From Phaeosaccion multiseriatum (Eukaryota > Protista > Ochrophyta, other classes), in assembly GCA_965112735.1 (NCBI GenBank), contig OZ218958.1, positions 1,054,001-1,118,000 on the forward strand: a DNA stretch of 64,000 bases, written 5' to 3'. Below the pieces are notes generated by a model. The model saw only the letters and a program-made list of their open reading frames with translations, was not told the DNA's origin and did not search any database. Positions 50,763 to 64,000 of the stretch are shown piece after piece. Both the position numbers and the translations under genes were made by a program. Numbering within the stretch: position 1 is the stretch's first letter; every line of letters begins with the position of its first letter.

Positions 50763-52086
50763 CGAGAGAGAGAGAGAGAGAGTCGCACACGCACCCACCC
50801 ACACCCACACACACCTTCCACGCGATTCTGTTGTGTACCCCTCCGTGGTCAATCTGCACGGGAAGATCGCCTCTCTCGTAGAAACGGCGGAACTCCGTGT
50901 TCGGCGGGTTTGGCCGAGCTGCGAAGGCCTGGAAGTGGGTGAGCTTAGACTTGCTGCCCTTCACGGCCACGGGAGTGGGCTTGTCACTGCCGCTCTTGGG
51001 TGATGTCTCTTCCTTGAGACCCTGATGGGGTGGGTGGTTGGGTGGTTGGGTGAGTGGGTGAGGGAGGTGGTGGGGTGGGGGGGCGAGAGGGGTGAGTGAG
51101 TGAGTGAGTGAGTGTGAGAGAGTGAGGGAGTGCGCGCTTATCTTTCATGCCGATACGTTTCTCAAGGCTCTCCTCTGTACTGACCTATCTCGCCATGGTC
51201 TCACCATTACACACACACACACACACTCACACGCACGCACTGCCAATCGCTCACACCCACGACCCTTCTTCCTGTCGTTGTCTTTCTTCTTACCAATGTT
51301 CCGCCAGCACCGGAGGCACGCTTGAGGAAGGAATCAGGGCGGGGCTTCACCGTGCACTTGCTGTAAGAAAAGGCCGACACCTCAATGGCCCGGGCAGGGA
51401 GGGTGTCGTGACCACCCGGTCGGATCTGTAGAGGATTCAATTCAAAGAGGTAGGGGGTATGGGAGGGTCGCGGAGGGGGGGGGGTTAGGACATTGAGGAC
51501 GCGTGGGTGCGTGGGTGCGTGGTGGGTGGATACAACACAGAGAGAGAGAGATGACCAATAGAAGGAGATGTCGTTCTCCTGATGGTAAGGTGCCCTGCTG
51601 CGCGGCTCCATCTATCCTCCCCTTTGTCCAACACACCTCCGCCCCACACCTGCCTGTTGCTGTTTGTATTCTATTCTTTCTGCCTGTCCACGCAATGACA
51701 GAATTCAGACGTCTATACAAAACGTCATAGGATCCTATCCCTGCGCGGCCCGCTCATCCCTGAGAGTGGGGGCGGTCTCGGCTCGTTTGTCACCATCGTG
51801 CCTTGGAACAAGCATTCAATCTCTGCACCTTCGAGTCAGCCAGGGCCGCAGTCGCCCCACATGACTCTTCCGTTCCGTATCTGCAATTTATCTCACTACC
51901 TCACTGCAGCTTGTAGTCCTCCCTCCTCTCCTCTTCATTCCTACACAGGTACAGGCTTCCGTTGGCCAAGCACTCACTCACCCGGATGGCCGTGACATTC
52001 GTGGCATCGAAAGGACTGCCTGTCTCTTTGGAGACGGGCGCCTTTGTCCTAATTTTAATGGAACCAGGCACACTTTGTGTGGTCAT
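48895..52086 (-). CDS. PACRG: Parkin co-regulated gene protein (axonemal inner-junction protein); 5' end uncertain
   Basis: [18 protein letters not shown]|[68 protein letters not shown] and [18 protein letters not shown]. The proposed first exon 52086-51982 (MTTQSVPG...AIR|GTGAGT) splices in phase to 51426; alternative start at 51611. Confidence 0.93.
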
Positions 52087-52903
52087 GGTATCTCTTAAGT
52101 GGGCGGGCAGGACAGAGCGAACGCCAAGGAAGAAGGAAAAGGGGGCAGGGAGGGGTTGAGAGATTAGGCGTCGATGCATACATGCACAAGGGGCAGCTCA
52201 GGAGGGATGGGGGAGGGCACCACAGAGGAATGAGCAAGTTATAAGGAAGCGCGTTGAGGGGGCTTCTGGGCTTGGACCAAGAGGGGTGATAGAAGGCGAA
52301 GCTCGGAGTATCGTACAGGCCAGGGGAGGGGATGGAGAAATCGTTCGAGGGGGGCTCTCTCCCTTGGAAGCACGTACCGACTTGGCCTCTGTTGGTGAAA
52401 GGAGTCCTTGACCCCCTCACGTACGCTTGTCCGCCCTCGTCCTCGTCAAGCACCAGCAGAGATGCACAGACTACTCTTTTATTGTTGTGCTGCTGCGCTG
52501 CTGCCAAACCTCTTTCTGTCCCTCCTCTGGCAAAGACCGAAAGCCTTCCGAAGGGGACGCACGCTTCCTGTTTGCTGACTTGGCCCAGGTCGAACACTCG
52601 GCTAGGGACTTGTGTGTGAGCAGCACGGGGACAAGCAAGGAGAGCAAGGCGTTATGTGAAAGCCGATAGCCATCCTGGCGTTTCATGAAATGGCACACCA
52701 CGTTTCCCCCGGGGGAAACAAATTTCTGCTTTTTTCTTTTCATTTCTTTTTTCTTCCCCCCCTTCCTTCCCCCCTAAAAATCAATGGCATAGCTCTTAAC
52801 TTTACTAACGATAGCAGTAGCGGCCACAGATTTGGGCAGGAGGGTACTGAAGAGGACGAGGAAAGGGAAGGGCTGGGGGCTTAAGCGCCAAGTGAGAGGA
52901 GAA

Positions 52904-55183
52904 ATGGTTGGCGATGGGAAGAAGAGGAGACGGGGGGAGGCAGGAGAGGGAGACCGGGCAGCAGCTGCAGGAGGAGGAAGACGACCGGCTGGAGGAGCAA
53001 GGGTTCGGGCGAAGAGTTCTTCTACGGGTACTCGAGTGGCAGCGGCTGCGGGAGGGGGCAGTCAAAAGAAGGGAAAGAGACGGAAGAAAGACGTCAAGGC
53101 GACCAAGTGGGAGCACGACCTGAGCGACGAAGGGGATGATGAAATGGGCGTTGGTGGCGGCAGCAAGCCCATGAAGCTGGCAGACCTGGTGATGGAGGAG
53201 GAGGGGGGCGACGAGGACTTTGGGAAGAGCAGCAGCACTGAGGGGGGTGGGATGTATGTCGCGCAGGAGGAGGACGAGGACGAGGAGGAAGAGGATGGAT
53301 CTGACGATTGCACCGAAGGGCGGGGCAAAGGGCGACAAATTGAGAACATTCGGACCAGTGAGAGGGACACCGACGATGGAGCGCAGGGAGACGTTTCCTC
53401 GAGCGAGGATGACATTGTAGAAGACGAAGAAGGAGAGGGAGAAGATGGAGAGGAGAAGAGCCTCAGGGCCAAGAAGAAGGGAGGCATGGGAGACGTGATG
53501 GCGAGGATCATGATGGCGCCTGTGAAGGGTGGGGGCTTAGTGCTGGCCAGGAGAAAGACCAAGGCTATGAGGGAGATGGAGGAGGACAACAGCAAAAAGA
53601 GGTGAGAGGGGGAAGGAAGGAGGCGATGGCTTCCGAGGCAGAAAGAGAAGGTTGTGCTGCAGCAGCACCAGTAGCGTTAAGGGGGGGGCGTTGTTTCGTC
53701 AAGCTACGACTGTGTCCACTCACCCACTCCTCTCCCTCGCCTCCTCTCCTGCTTGACGACGCCCTTGGTTTCCGCTGCACTCACACCACATCGCACTACA
53801 GGGAGGGTCGCGAAAAGAGAGAGATGCGAAGAAGGAACCTGACAAAGCAAGTAGAGATGCCGTCAGTGGTACAGGGCGCCGACAACGAAAGGCAGCTGAG
53901 GAAGGTGGCGACGAGAGGAGGTGCGCGACAGGGAGAGAGGCAGTGTGCATGGACAATGTATACGTTGGGGGGGGGGGGGGGGTGGGGATTGGATTGGGTT
54001 GGTGTGTTGGGCGGTGAATTCGCACGGTCGTACCATACTAGTAGTCAAGAGTATGGCACACTCTGCTCTTCCGCTTCCTCATCTCGCTCTTTTCCCACTC
54101 TCGGCCCCTTCTTCCCCGGCACACGGTTATTGCTGCTGCCCACACGGTTATTGATGCTGCCCCTGCTGCTCCTGCTCGGGCCTTCCCTTCTCCTTGATAT
54201 GATACTATGCAATGGTGTTTGCTCCTTAGTGGTGGCTCTGTTCAACGCCATCCAAAAGCAGCAACACGCCAAGGGCGCTGCAGCGGGTGCAGGGGAGGAC
54301 GGAGAGGCGGTACTCAAGACCGGAAGAGAAGTTAAGGTTAGTGTGTGCGCGAAAGGGGAGAGAGAAAGAGCGAGTGAGAGAGGGAGGGAGGAAGAGAGAG
54401 GAAGAGTGCAGTTCACATTCACCAGCATAGAGAGAGACAGAGAGACAAATGAAGAGAGGTGGTCTGATTGACATGACTGCAACGAACTAAGCACCCCTCT
54501 TACCCTTTCTCCTTGCCCACTCATGAATTGAATTGAATTGAATTGGATTGAATTGGGTTGGGTTGGATGGGAGCAGGACATTTCCAAAGCCGCTTTCCTG
54601 GGCATGCTGAAAAGCCAAGCCACACCGGCCAGTGGTGCTGCTGCTGCTGCTGGTAATGGTAAAAATGGTAGCGATAGTGCCGCAACGACGTTGTCGGCCA
54701 AGAGCAAGAAGAAGCAGGCAATTGCCGCCGGAGCAGCCATGCACCTTCAAAAAGTGGGCGGCGCTGGTATTCAGGAGGTGAGTAAGAAAGAGAGAGAGAG
54801 AGCGGGAGAGGGAGAGAGAGAGAGGGGGGGGGTGGAAGGGAGAGGGATGTGGTGTGTGTGTGTGTGGCCTATCAAGGCGTTTGGTGGTACAGCAAACGAA
54901 TTCGTATACCCTCTTTGCCCCTCATCCTCCCCCCTCTTAACATCTTCTGTGGTCTGTTGCTCCTCTTGATTGAATCACCACCCACCCCTCCACCCACCCA
55001 CCCACCCACCCACACACGCACGCACCAACCGCACCAATCGCATAGGACGGGGGCTCGGCAGCGTCAGGAGCAGGAGCAGCAAGTACGACGACTTGGGCGG
55101 GTGTTGATGACTCACTGCTGATCGCTAAGCCGAAGGCCTCTGTCAAGGCATGGGACCAAGAAAGTGACGAGGACGGCTTCTAG
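52904..55183 (+). CDS. RRP15: RRP15-like ribosome biogenesis protein, 5 exons
   Basis: Acidic/basic N-terminus; MGDVMARIM...LVLARRK; ERQLRKVATRG|VVALFNAIQKQQ; ISKAAFLGMLK; WAGVDDSLL...KAWDQESD*. Confidence 0.9.
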
Positions 55184-56095
55184 TGTCGCTGGGGCTAGGA
55201 GAGCAGGCTTGTAGGAGGCCTATTTATTTTTTAATTAATTAATTAAAATAATATCTTTTTGATAAGAGGAGGGGAGGACTTTAGCAGAGCCAGGAGGGGC
55301 CTCGGTCGATCTGTCGGTCTGTCGGTCTACCGGCCTGTCTGGTCGGGTCTTGTGAGCACATACAGGTGCCATTCGACAAGACGCACATGGCGCACGTTGG
55401 CTGGACCCACCGCAAAGACAGAGGTAGAACAAGAGATAGAGAAGATGAGAGAGTGAGAAGTGGTAGCACCTCCACACCATATATATATAATATATATAAT
55501 ATATATAATATATATATACAAGGTGGTCCTTCGGGCTGCGCCCTCGGCAGGGAGGGAGAAGAGGGTTGGAGTTGACACCCACTGCCCCCACGCACCCACG
55601 CACCCACAACATAATAATATATATAATGACAGTAATACATACTGGGTTAAAAAAAGTTTTTGGACACACGCAGCAAAATAAACGTTGGGAGAAGCGCTGT
55701 AGCTCTTCGTGTAGCTCTTTGAGATGCCTATCGATCCACAGTCTCTCGGCTTTCATTGCCTTCTCCCTTCCCTATGTGCAAGAGCAGGCGATTTGGGCAT
55801 TTCTTCTTGAGATACTATTATATTACTGCAGTACCATTTTTCAGAGAAAATGAAGATTTTTTATTTTTTTGTGCTTATTACTCCAAGGAGAATAGCACGC
55901 AATACAAATGGGCGTATGCACAAAGCGTAAATTGGCCGAGCAAGTCGCCAAAAACACATAATTGAGGGAAGAATGCCCGAGACACTTCAAGACCCCCCTC
56001 CGCCCCGAGACATCAACATAATGAACAAAGGAAAAGGACAATACTTGTGTGCTCAGCCTCACTCAGCCCCCCGACACAAGACCGATCGGTGCACA

Positions 56096-56154
<59 letters not shown>

Positions 56155-56544
56155 CAACATTATTCACACACCACCCCAATAATATTTGTTTTGGCTGGTC
56201 GGTCGGATCCACCACACCATCCAAAAAAAAGGGGGCATCACCAAGCAAGTTGCTCATCTGCCACCATCGTTTTCTTTGCAGTACTATGGCAGTACTCTTG
56301 TTCTTGTTCGTTGTCTCTCTTGACAAGCCACAAGCCGGCAGAAGGACTAGGGAGTTTGACCCTAGCCTAGCTGTAGAGTTGTGGTTAACGTCAGTGTTAA
56401 CGTCAGTAGATGTTGTTTGCGTAGTAGGAGTGCAACAGTCCGGCCCGACCCGAGGGGACGGCACGATCACGCCTGGCTTCTGCCGCACCCGCAAGGCCAA
56501 GAAGAAGAAGAGGACTTTGACGTAGCGCTGTTGGTGCTTCGGCT

Positions 56545-58788
56545 CTACTGCTGCTCGCCCTCCGAGTCGCAATTGTCGCCGGTCCCAGTGCCATAGCCAT
56601 TTGTATTGGTAAAGGAAGAGGAGGAGGAGGAGGAGGAGGAGGAGGAGGAGGAGGAGGAGGAGGAGGAGGAGGAGGAGGAGGAGGAAGGAGGGAGGTAGGA
56701 GAAGGAAGAGGAGGAGGGGGTGGGAAGGAACGGCGCCTGGTGGGAAGAAAGACCCAAGCTCGAGCCTGAGTCTGACGAGCCCCGTGCTTCTCCTCCTGGG
56801 TCGGCGAAGGAGTTTGAGTCCACCTGCCATGTGATGACGACGGTATTCTTCTTCGTTGCCCTCACCATTATGCACACTGGGTTGGTGGGGGCGGCCACGC
56901 CCACGGAGTGAAGGCTGAGGGTGGCGGCTTGCACGACACAGGTGGTGAAGAAGGAGGTGTCGTAGTAGCCCTTGGGCGACAGGTACACAAAGGACTGGAC
57001 CTGGGGCAGAGGGGAGAGGGAAGGAGAGAGAGGGGGGGGGCGGGGGGAGGGGAGTAACAGTGAGTTTGACCTTGAGTTTGAGGTATAGGAGGAGGGCTTG
57101 CGCTGTCACAGCCACGAACCACACAATATGCACCTTCTCTTCCTCCTCCTCCTCCTCCTCCTCCTCCTCCTCCTCCTCCTCCTCCTCCTCCTCCTCCTCC
57201 TCCTCGCTCCTCCTCCTCCTCCTCCTCCCTCTTCCTCCGCTCACCGTCAGAAGGCTGCTGGCGTCGGGGGCCTCTCTCGCAATGCCGATCAAGCTCACAA
57301 TCTTGACGTGCGGTCCGTTGAATGCCATCCTCGTCAACTCCGTTGGCGAGGCATCGCGCAAGGCGTGCAGATCGCCGCACGGCATCGTAGTGGGGATGGT
57401 GGTGGTGGTGGTGGTGGTGGTGGTGGTGGTGGTTGCAGTGGCAGAAGCGGTGGTGGTACCAACAGGAGGGTGAGACTGGCTCCTCAGGGTTCCTCCTCCT
57501 TGTTGTCGTCCTTGTCCATCCCCGGAGGAGGGAAGATCGTGGTGGTTCTCTCCAGTCGAAGAAGTGGATGCGGAGGTGGTGGCGGTGGAGGAGGAGGAGG
57601 AGGTGGTGGCGGTGCCCGTGTGCGGTGGGGGCGTGTGGGCGGAGTCGGAGTCGGGGGAGGAGGAGGAGGAGGAGGAGGAGGAGGAGGAGGAGGAGGAGCA
57701 GGAGGAGGTGCAGGAAGACTGCTCCTCGGACTCCTTGTCTTCGAACTCCGAAACGAGGCTCGGGGAAAGCGGGGTATCAGCGGCGGAGGATGGGCCTGCG
57801 GGTACTGGGGTTTTGAGCATGACCTCACTCTTCTGGCCGCCGGTAAGGACCGTTCGCACTGTTGGGTGGATGGATGGATGGATGGATGGATGGATGGAGG
57901 GATGGTAGTTGGGCAGTGGGCGTGACTGAATAAATGAGTCCACCACAATTGTTCACCGGTAAACAACTCAAGAAAGGCGACGGGCAGTGAGAAGAAGAAG
58001 AAGAGGGGGGGGGGGGGGGTTGGCTACTCAACACATGAGCCGTATACATACTGTCCTTCATTTCACTCTCTCACCATTTTCAATGTAGAACTCGCTTAGC
58101 GTGCCTTTGGGCACTCCACTGCGTGCCCTCTTGAGCACTTCTACCCTCCATGAACTCCCCCAGCTGCGTGGGTCCGCCTCCGGGAGCTCTCCGAACCTTT
58201 CCATCCACATATCCTGCCAAAGTGGGTGGTTGGCTTCGTCCCATGCCTAAGCCGAGGGAAGGAGGGGGAGGGGAGGGGAGGGGAGGGGAGAAGAGTCAGT
58301 ACTAGCAGAAACAGCGAGGACAGTAACCGCAAGAAATGGGGGGCAGGAAACAGGTAAGAATTGGGAGCCATGGAGGGGCGAGTGAGAGCAGGCCGCAGCT
58401 ATAGGCACCACCAAGCACAACAACAGCCAGGACGGAGAGGGTGGCTACTGCGAGGACGGGAAGTGCAGTGCGCCCAGTGAGCGGTGAAAGGAGGCAGGCG
58501 CGAGACGGGCACTTAAAGTAGGCCATCAAGGCCAGCCAAGTTCAAGGAGGCAGGTGCTTACCGTGCATGTCTGGTTCACCGCCAAGAGGCCCTCCTCGTC
58601 CAGGTGGAAGACGATGCGACCCCAAATTTCACTCGGAAGTAACTCGGCCCAGGAGGGGAACGGTGGCCTCAAGCCGCGCGAAGAGACGGCACGTGTCCCA
58701 CGAAAGGGAAAGGGGATACGGAGCTCCCTGTTGAAGAAAGACTCGTCCGCCCAGCTGCGGCTCGTCCTCTTGCCGCTCCTGCCCCTGC

Positions 58789-58833
<45 letters not shown>

Positions 58834-58903
58834 CGCTGCTGGTGCTTCTGCTATTGCTGCTGTTGCTGTTGCCGGTGGTGCTGCTCGCTTCCATGAAAAT
58901 CAT
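56545..58903 (-). CDS. F-box protein with an unrecognised C-terminal region, 4 exons
   Basis: LLPSEIWGRIVFHLDEEGLLAVNQTCT|AWDEANHPLWQDMWMERFG...WRVEVLKR (F-box plus following helix). In-phase splicing to exons 57859-57246 and 57000-56545. Confidence 0.7.
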
Positions 58904-60315
58904 TGCTTGCCGTGGTGGGACCTCCCTGTCCGTCGCCTCGCTCCCGCCCAACGCGTTTGCTTGCCCCCTGTCTGTTGAAGCTGCGCTGGCTTCCTTGAGA
59001 AGCGGGCGTGATCATACCAGCCTCGGCGCTTCTCCTCTCCATCCCATTCTTCTCCTTCTCTCCTACTTTTTTTATATTTCCTCCTCCCTCTCCCCTTGCT
59101 TCTCTCTACACTTGCTCGTGCCTCTCTTTATCCCAGCACCCTTTCCTCTCTCCCTCTCTCCCTCCGCTGCGTTGTGTTAGTCCGCTTGCGTGTGGCTGGC
59201 GCGGTCCTTAACCTGCACAGACAGGCATCCCCCCACTGTGTTGGGCGAATCAAGAGGAATGAAGCCGGTCCTCGTCCATTTCCCTCCAAACGGCCCATCA
59301 TCTTGCTTCCATCATTGTCTCGGAGGTTTTAGAGAGATGTAACCGCCATTCGGCTGCGTGAGGGGGCCTAATGTTTCCCCCCGAGCGTGTGTTTCTTGGT
59401 TCCAGGGAACCCGCGTGTCGATATATGGTGACGTGTGGAACTCTTCATCTTAGGCAACACGGGCCAACAATGGGGGGGTTATAAGGGTGGTGAGCGGCCA
59501 CGTCCCAAGTACGGCCAAACTGGGGTCAGGAGTAACCAGGATGGAGGATTACGCGCCTCCCCTGATCGACCCTGACATCGAAAGTCGATCACGGTCCATT
59601 CTTCCTTTCGTACATGTACTTGCATCATCCCTTACCTGCTGCTACCTGCTACCGGCCGACCGGCCACCCGGCCAACCATCAGCTCAGCTGCCGGCGGGGG
59701 GTAGGAGAGAGCCCGGTAGCAGCCATACTACCGAGAATCGCGCGGGGGGGGTGAATGCAATACGCGAATATATTCTCTGCGGCATGAGAAAAGTCCCCAG
59801 GGCTTGATATCTTGTACTTCCACGCCAATATATCGGCAGATCCCAAAGTAGTCCATCCACCCTGAAACTGAAACTGGAGGTAATGGATGGCAGTCAACGA
59901 CGGAGAGACTCACGGGACAGCTCCTTTGGAACACATCTCCGGACAACTTGGGGGGGGCTCATACACGCTTTTCAGGAGGCAGCGTGCATGTGACGACCTG
60001 TGTGTGCTCATTGATAAGCATCGGGTCAACACAAGGAACGAAAAGAAGAAGCGAACGCCCTCCAGGGTCCCACCACAACTCCATCGCTCCTGAACACGTT
60101 GCCTCGTTTTGATATATAATAAGTATATTGTCTCCATTTATCATTTGTTTTATTTACACACAGAATGAAGCAGCGTTCCCCCCAAAGCAACGTGTAGAAT
60201 GCTTTTCATTTCCGTGTTTCCTCAAAGAGTCCCCCCCCATTGTCTCCAAGCCCTCTCACCCTCTCATAACTTTCCTCTCCAAATAAAGTCTACTTGTGGC
60301 TCTATCTTCGCCAGC

Positions 60316-61561
60316 CTATGCGCTGTCCTCCTTCTTGCTGAAGCGCGACAGGATGTTCTTCTCCACGAAAGGCTGTGCGGGGCGCGGGGCGGGAGAGGGA
60401 GAGAGAGAGAGAGGAGAGAATGAGAGAGAAAGAGATGGAGAAGGAGGAGAGTATGAGACAGAAAGGAGGGATCGGGAAGCACACAAGACAAAAGACGGAA
60501 GCCGCTAAGGAGTGAAGGTTACCAAACCCCCCGCCCACTGCCATCCACCCCCCACCCACTGCCATCCACCCACCATCCACTGCCATCCACCCCCCGCCCA
60601 CTGCCATCCACCCACCATCCATTGCCATCCACCCCCCGCCCACTGCCATCCACCCACCATCCATTGCCATCCACCCCCCGCCCACTGCCATCCACCCACC
60701 ATCCATTGCCATCCACCCCCCGCCCACTGCCATCCACCCACCACGCACTGCCATCCACCCCCCACTCCACTGCCACATGGCACACCTCCCACTATATATA
60801 CGCAAGCCAAAGGAGAAGGAAAAGGCAGTGACACGTACTACTCCACTCACTCACCACCAGGGTAAGCGCAAAAGCAATCCTTGCGGGCACTGCAACACGA
60901 GTAAGAGTCAAGAAGCCGAAGGAGAAGCCGGCCAACTGCGCCTTGTCTGCCGCATCTGCAAAGTCTGGCAGATGTCCTGTCGATTGCGTGTAGGCCCCCA
61001 CCGCGAGGGGCAGGCTCAGCGCCCAAAAGGCTCCCTCTGTGAAGGCGTAGGCCACCACGCCGGCGGCGCCCGCTGCCTTGATCTTGTCGGTCATGGACGC
61101 TTCCTCTGCGTCCTCAGCTACGTTGGGGTCCCTCTTGAAGCCCATTGTGATCATGAATGAGTCCGTGAAGCTTAGTGACTCATCGTCCGAAGGGCCCACA
61201 GAGGTGGCGGACAAGGCCGAGGTAGTCTGCGGAGGAGGAGGAGGAGGAGGAGGAGGAGGAGGAGAGACGAGGGAGTGAGTGTCTTGAAACGTCTCCCGTA
61301 TTCTCTTTCGTAGGCAGGCAGGCGCTACACAACTCGAGCTCCCCCGCCTTGCTGGTGCCCCGCATGCGCCTGCCGAATGCTCACCTTTACTGCTGTTGGC
61401 CTCACACATACCCCTTGTTGGTGAGGCCGCCGTTCTTGAGGCTGCGTGCCGAAAGATGCGGGTCCAAACGCCGCAGGCACAGTAGTCGAAGGTATCACGA
61501 ACGAGAGAGAGGACTGTACAAGCAGAAGGAAGCCGACGAGGTTCTGGATAGGCACCATCAT
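60316..61561 (-). CDS. Plastid-targeted small membrane protein (DUF1279/FAM210-like), 3 exons
   Basis: The signal peptide ends SSLS-FVIP (ASA-FAP-like) and is followed by a Ser/Thr/Pro-rich transit peptide. KIKAAGAAGVVAYAFTEGAFW...RVAVPARIAFALTLV|PFVEKNIL fits the DUF1279-like pattern. Confidence 0.7.
60531..60778. repeat. Intronic minisatellite, 21-bp unit (CCACTGCCATCCACCC...) x about 11
   Basis: Seen directly. Confidence 0.95.
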
Positions 61562-62649
61562 GAAGTGGGAGGACAAGCTAACGAGAAGAGAGCATGGGCC
61601 AAGTAGATGGGTGATGAAAATGGAAGAAGGGGAAAAAATGCGCGGGCTTTGCGTTCGTACGCCTTTCAGTTTCAGCTAGGTTTTCCCGCGCAATCACAGA
61701 TGGTTGATGGTTCATGCTTTTGGCATATTTGCACATGGTATTTTTTAAGGGGGTGGGTCAAAGGAATCCATTATGAGAACTGCGCCGCCAGGGGGAGTCC
61801 CGGGCGATATCGAATACTCCCGAGCCCTCTGGCTGCGTGTACAAAAGCAAGAAGCACGACGAGGGCTTTATGTTTGGTGGCAGCGGACCCTGGTGACCGC
61901 CCAACAAATTTCAAATTTCAGCAGGGTCGGTCCGGGCGGGTACCAAAAGGATCCTCAAGATGGGGAGCCGTAGAAGACAGAGCAGCTTCCTCGCCCACCT
62001 TGCTGGACAATCAGGAGCTGGGGGGGGGCTCTGTTCAAGCTCTTCCCTCCTTCCTCGTCCGTCCTCCCGGACACGCAGAGGGGGGGGGGATAGCACACAG
62101 AGCAAGGCAAAGATGGAGGACAGCTCACGCACGTGTCGCATCCTGCTCCAGCGTGTGAAGTTAACAAAAGCCTGCACTCTTGTGTGCAAGGCTCGCATCC
62201 CACCCGCATCCACTCATGCGTCCATCATTGTTTCGAAGCATCGAAGCACTTGGCTTGGTGGTGCACACATGATGGCGACTACAAAAAAACAAGCGCGTCG
62301 ACTCGGAGACCTGCACGGACGGACGGGTCCCTCGACGTTGCCCCTCGACTTCGCCCCTCGCAGTTGATGTTGTCGCGCTCAAGATGCTCCTTTGGTTCTT
62401 CGGATTGGTCGAAGTGGAGGAGGGGAAGGAAGAAGACTCACCCATCTCTCTTGGCCTTCCCTTTGCCCTCTTTATATACATCCCGTCCCGTACCCCAGCA
62501 GTGCGATGGGGGAGATTGCATCGACCAATCAATCGACCAATCAACCAAACAATGAACCCATCAACCACCCCAACCCGTCCATTCATCCACCGAACAATCA
62601 ATCAACCCTTCCATCCATCCATCCATCCATCCATCCATCCATCAATCCA

Positions 62650-63680
62650 TCAATCCAGCCCCAGTGCTACCAGAGCGGACACCATGAAGCCCGCCAGGAG
62701 CGCCCCCAGCTTTGCAGGTCCGTGCCTCGGAGACTGAAGCTCGTTGGGGAGTACCTCCATAAGGGCCACGTAGAGAAAGGTTCCTGCTAGCCCAGGAGGA
62801 GGCGAGGCGGGAAAGATTGGTAGGTAGGTAGGTAGGTAGGTGGGTAGGTAGGTAGGTGGGTAGGAAGGTACGTACGTAGGTAGGTACGTAGGTAGGTAGG
62901 TAGGTAGGTAGGTAGGTGGGTAGGGAGGGAGGGAGGTTGGTAGGTAGGGAGGTAGGGAGGTGGGTAGGTAGGTAGGTAGGGAGGGAGGGAGGTAGGTAGG
63001 TAGGTAGGGAGGTGGGTAGGGAGGTGGGTGGGTAGGGAGGTGGGTAGGGAGGTGGGTAGGGAGGTAGGAGGGTGCGCGTACACAAAGGCGTGCTATCGGT
63101 GTTAGGGGTGGCTCTGCCTCTTGGAATCGTGCGTGGTGTGTGGGGTGCATTCGTGTGTGTGTGCGTGCGTGTGCGTGTGTGTGGCATGTGTGGCATGTGT
63201 ATATATAAAGAGAGAGACAGCCTCGACAAGAGATGATGCGTGGGTGTGTGCGTGTGGGTATGGTACTCAATGAGTGCAAACAACGAAAGCCTCGGCTTGG
63301 TCTACCTCCCCTCCCTTGAGTACAGTAGCACGACAAATCCCTCCCAGAGGGGTGCCGAAAGGGAAGGGAGGGAGTTGGCTGCCACAGCCCTTCAAATCGT
63401 GTGTTCTCCCTTCTTCCAAGGCGCTGCTCCGAACCCCTGTACGTTACGTTACCGTTACTCTACCATTACCTTACCCTTGCCCTCTTCTCTTACCGTCGTG
63501 CTCTACTCATACCCTTACCCCTTGTGCCTTACGTTCCCTTACGTACCTGCAGCCAATGCCATACAAACCGCTGAGGCGGCCCCGTCCCCGTCCTTGCCAA
63601 TGAAATACCCAATACAGATGCCCAAGGGCGTCATGGAGCTGAAGAGCACCAGCAGCCCCACATGTCGTGAAGCGAGCGCC
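62650..63680 (-). CDS. ZIP (SLC39, ZIP1-3-like) metal transporter, last two exons; 5' part beyond the right edge
   Basis: [15 protein letters not shown]...VCMALAAG|[15 protein letters not shown]...[15 protein letters not shown]. Confidence 0.88.
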
Positions 63681-64000
63681 TGCTGCACACATGAGAGAGC
63701 GGCGTGCGTGCGTGCGTGCGTGTGTGTGTGCGTGCGCGTTTAGAAGAGGAGAAGAACAGATCAAAGAGGTGTCGTGCCCATATACAAAACTGTGACCAGG
63801 ATTTGTAGCACCAACGCTTGTAGACACACCGCACTACCACATGTGGGCCTTTTCCTCCTTCTCCCCCCTTTTTGGAAGCGTTGGTGTGAGCCCTGGGAGC
63901 ACATCGATAGTGTTCGACTTCAAACGATCGAAGGCAATACACCTGAAATTGAAACTGGACTGGACAATTTTCCCTATGTTCAGCCTTCCCTCACTCACCG

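Noticed and set aside
52055-52597. 180-aa minus-strand ORF with PSPGLY (STPG-like)
   Set aside because: A single weak motif with a non-ATG start, lying in the PACRG/RRP15 promoter interval.

Overview
Eukaryotic, intron-rich, GC-rich nuclear DNA, most likely from a flagellated photosynthetic stramenopile (ochrophyte). The evidence is a bipartite signal + F-motif plastid-targeting presequence, PACRG, and a thioredoxin-type dynein light chain-like gene. Nearly every intron is filled with micro- or minisatellites, so most ORF-track entries are artefacts. Manual GT-AG splicing gives about 14 protein genes: (1) 5' exon of a ubiquitin-like-domain protein at the left edge; (2) an intronless FNIP/LRR-like repeat gene with a 2-nt frameshift; (3) a DEP-domain + flavoprotein disulfide reductase fusion; (4) a divergently transcribed WCGPC thioredoxin that the ORF track misses; (5) ANKRD13-like; (6) trehalose-6-phosphate phosphatase; (7) nucleoside-hydrolase-like; (8) DNA primase small subunit; (9) CLASP-N/TOG + CAP-Gly fusion; (10) vacuolar sorting receptor; (11) PACRG; (12) RRP15; (13) an F-box protein; (14) a plastid membrane protein; plus the 3' end of a ZIP transporter at the right edge. 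The most unusual signal is a 12-13-nt non-repetitive word, AGTTGGTGATAC(A). It is embedded in CAG/GCA tracts, recurs 11 times exactly within 20 kb, mostly inside exons of unrelated genes, on both strands and in three reading frames, and never in the stop-containing frame. Other highlights are several more dispersed word families (one built from 5' splice-site consensus), G-rich 5' / C-rich 3' polarity of intron repeats, hypervariable positions in the FNIP array, and two unusual domain fusions. All identities come from motif recognition by eye. No database searches were run, and internal exon boundaries are approximate.
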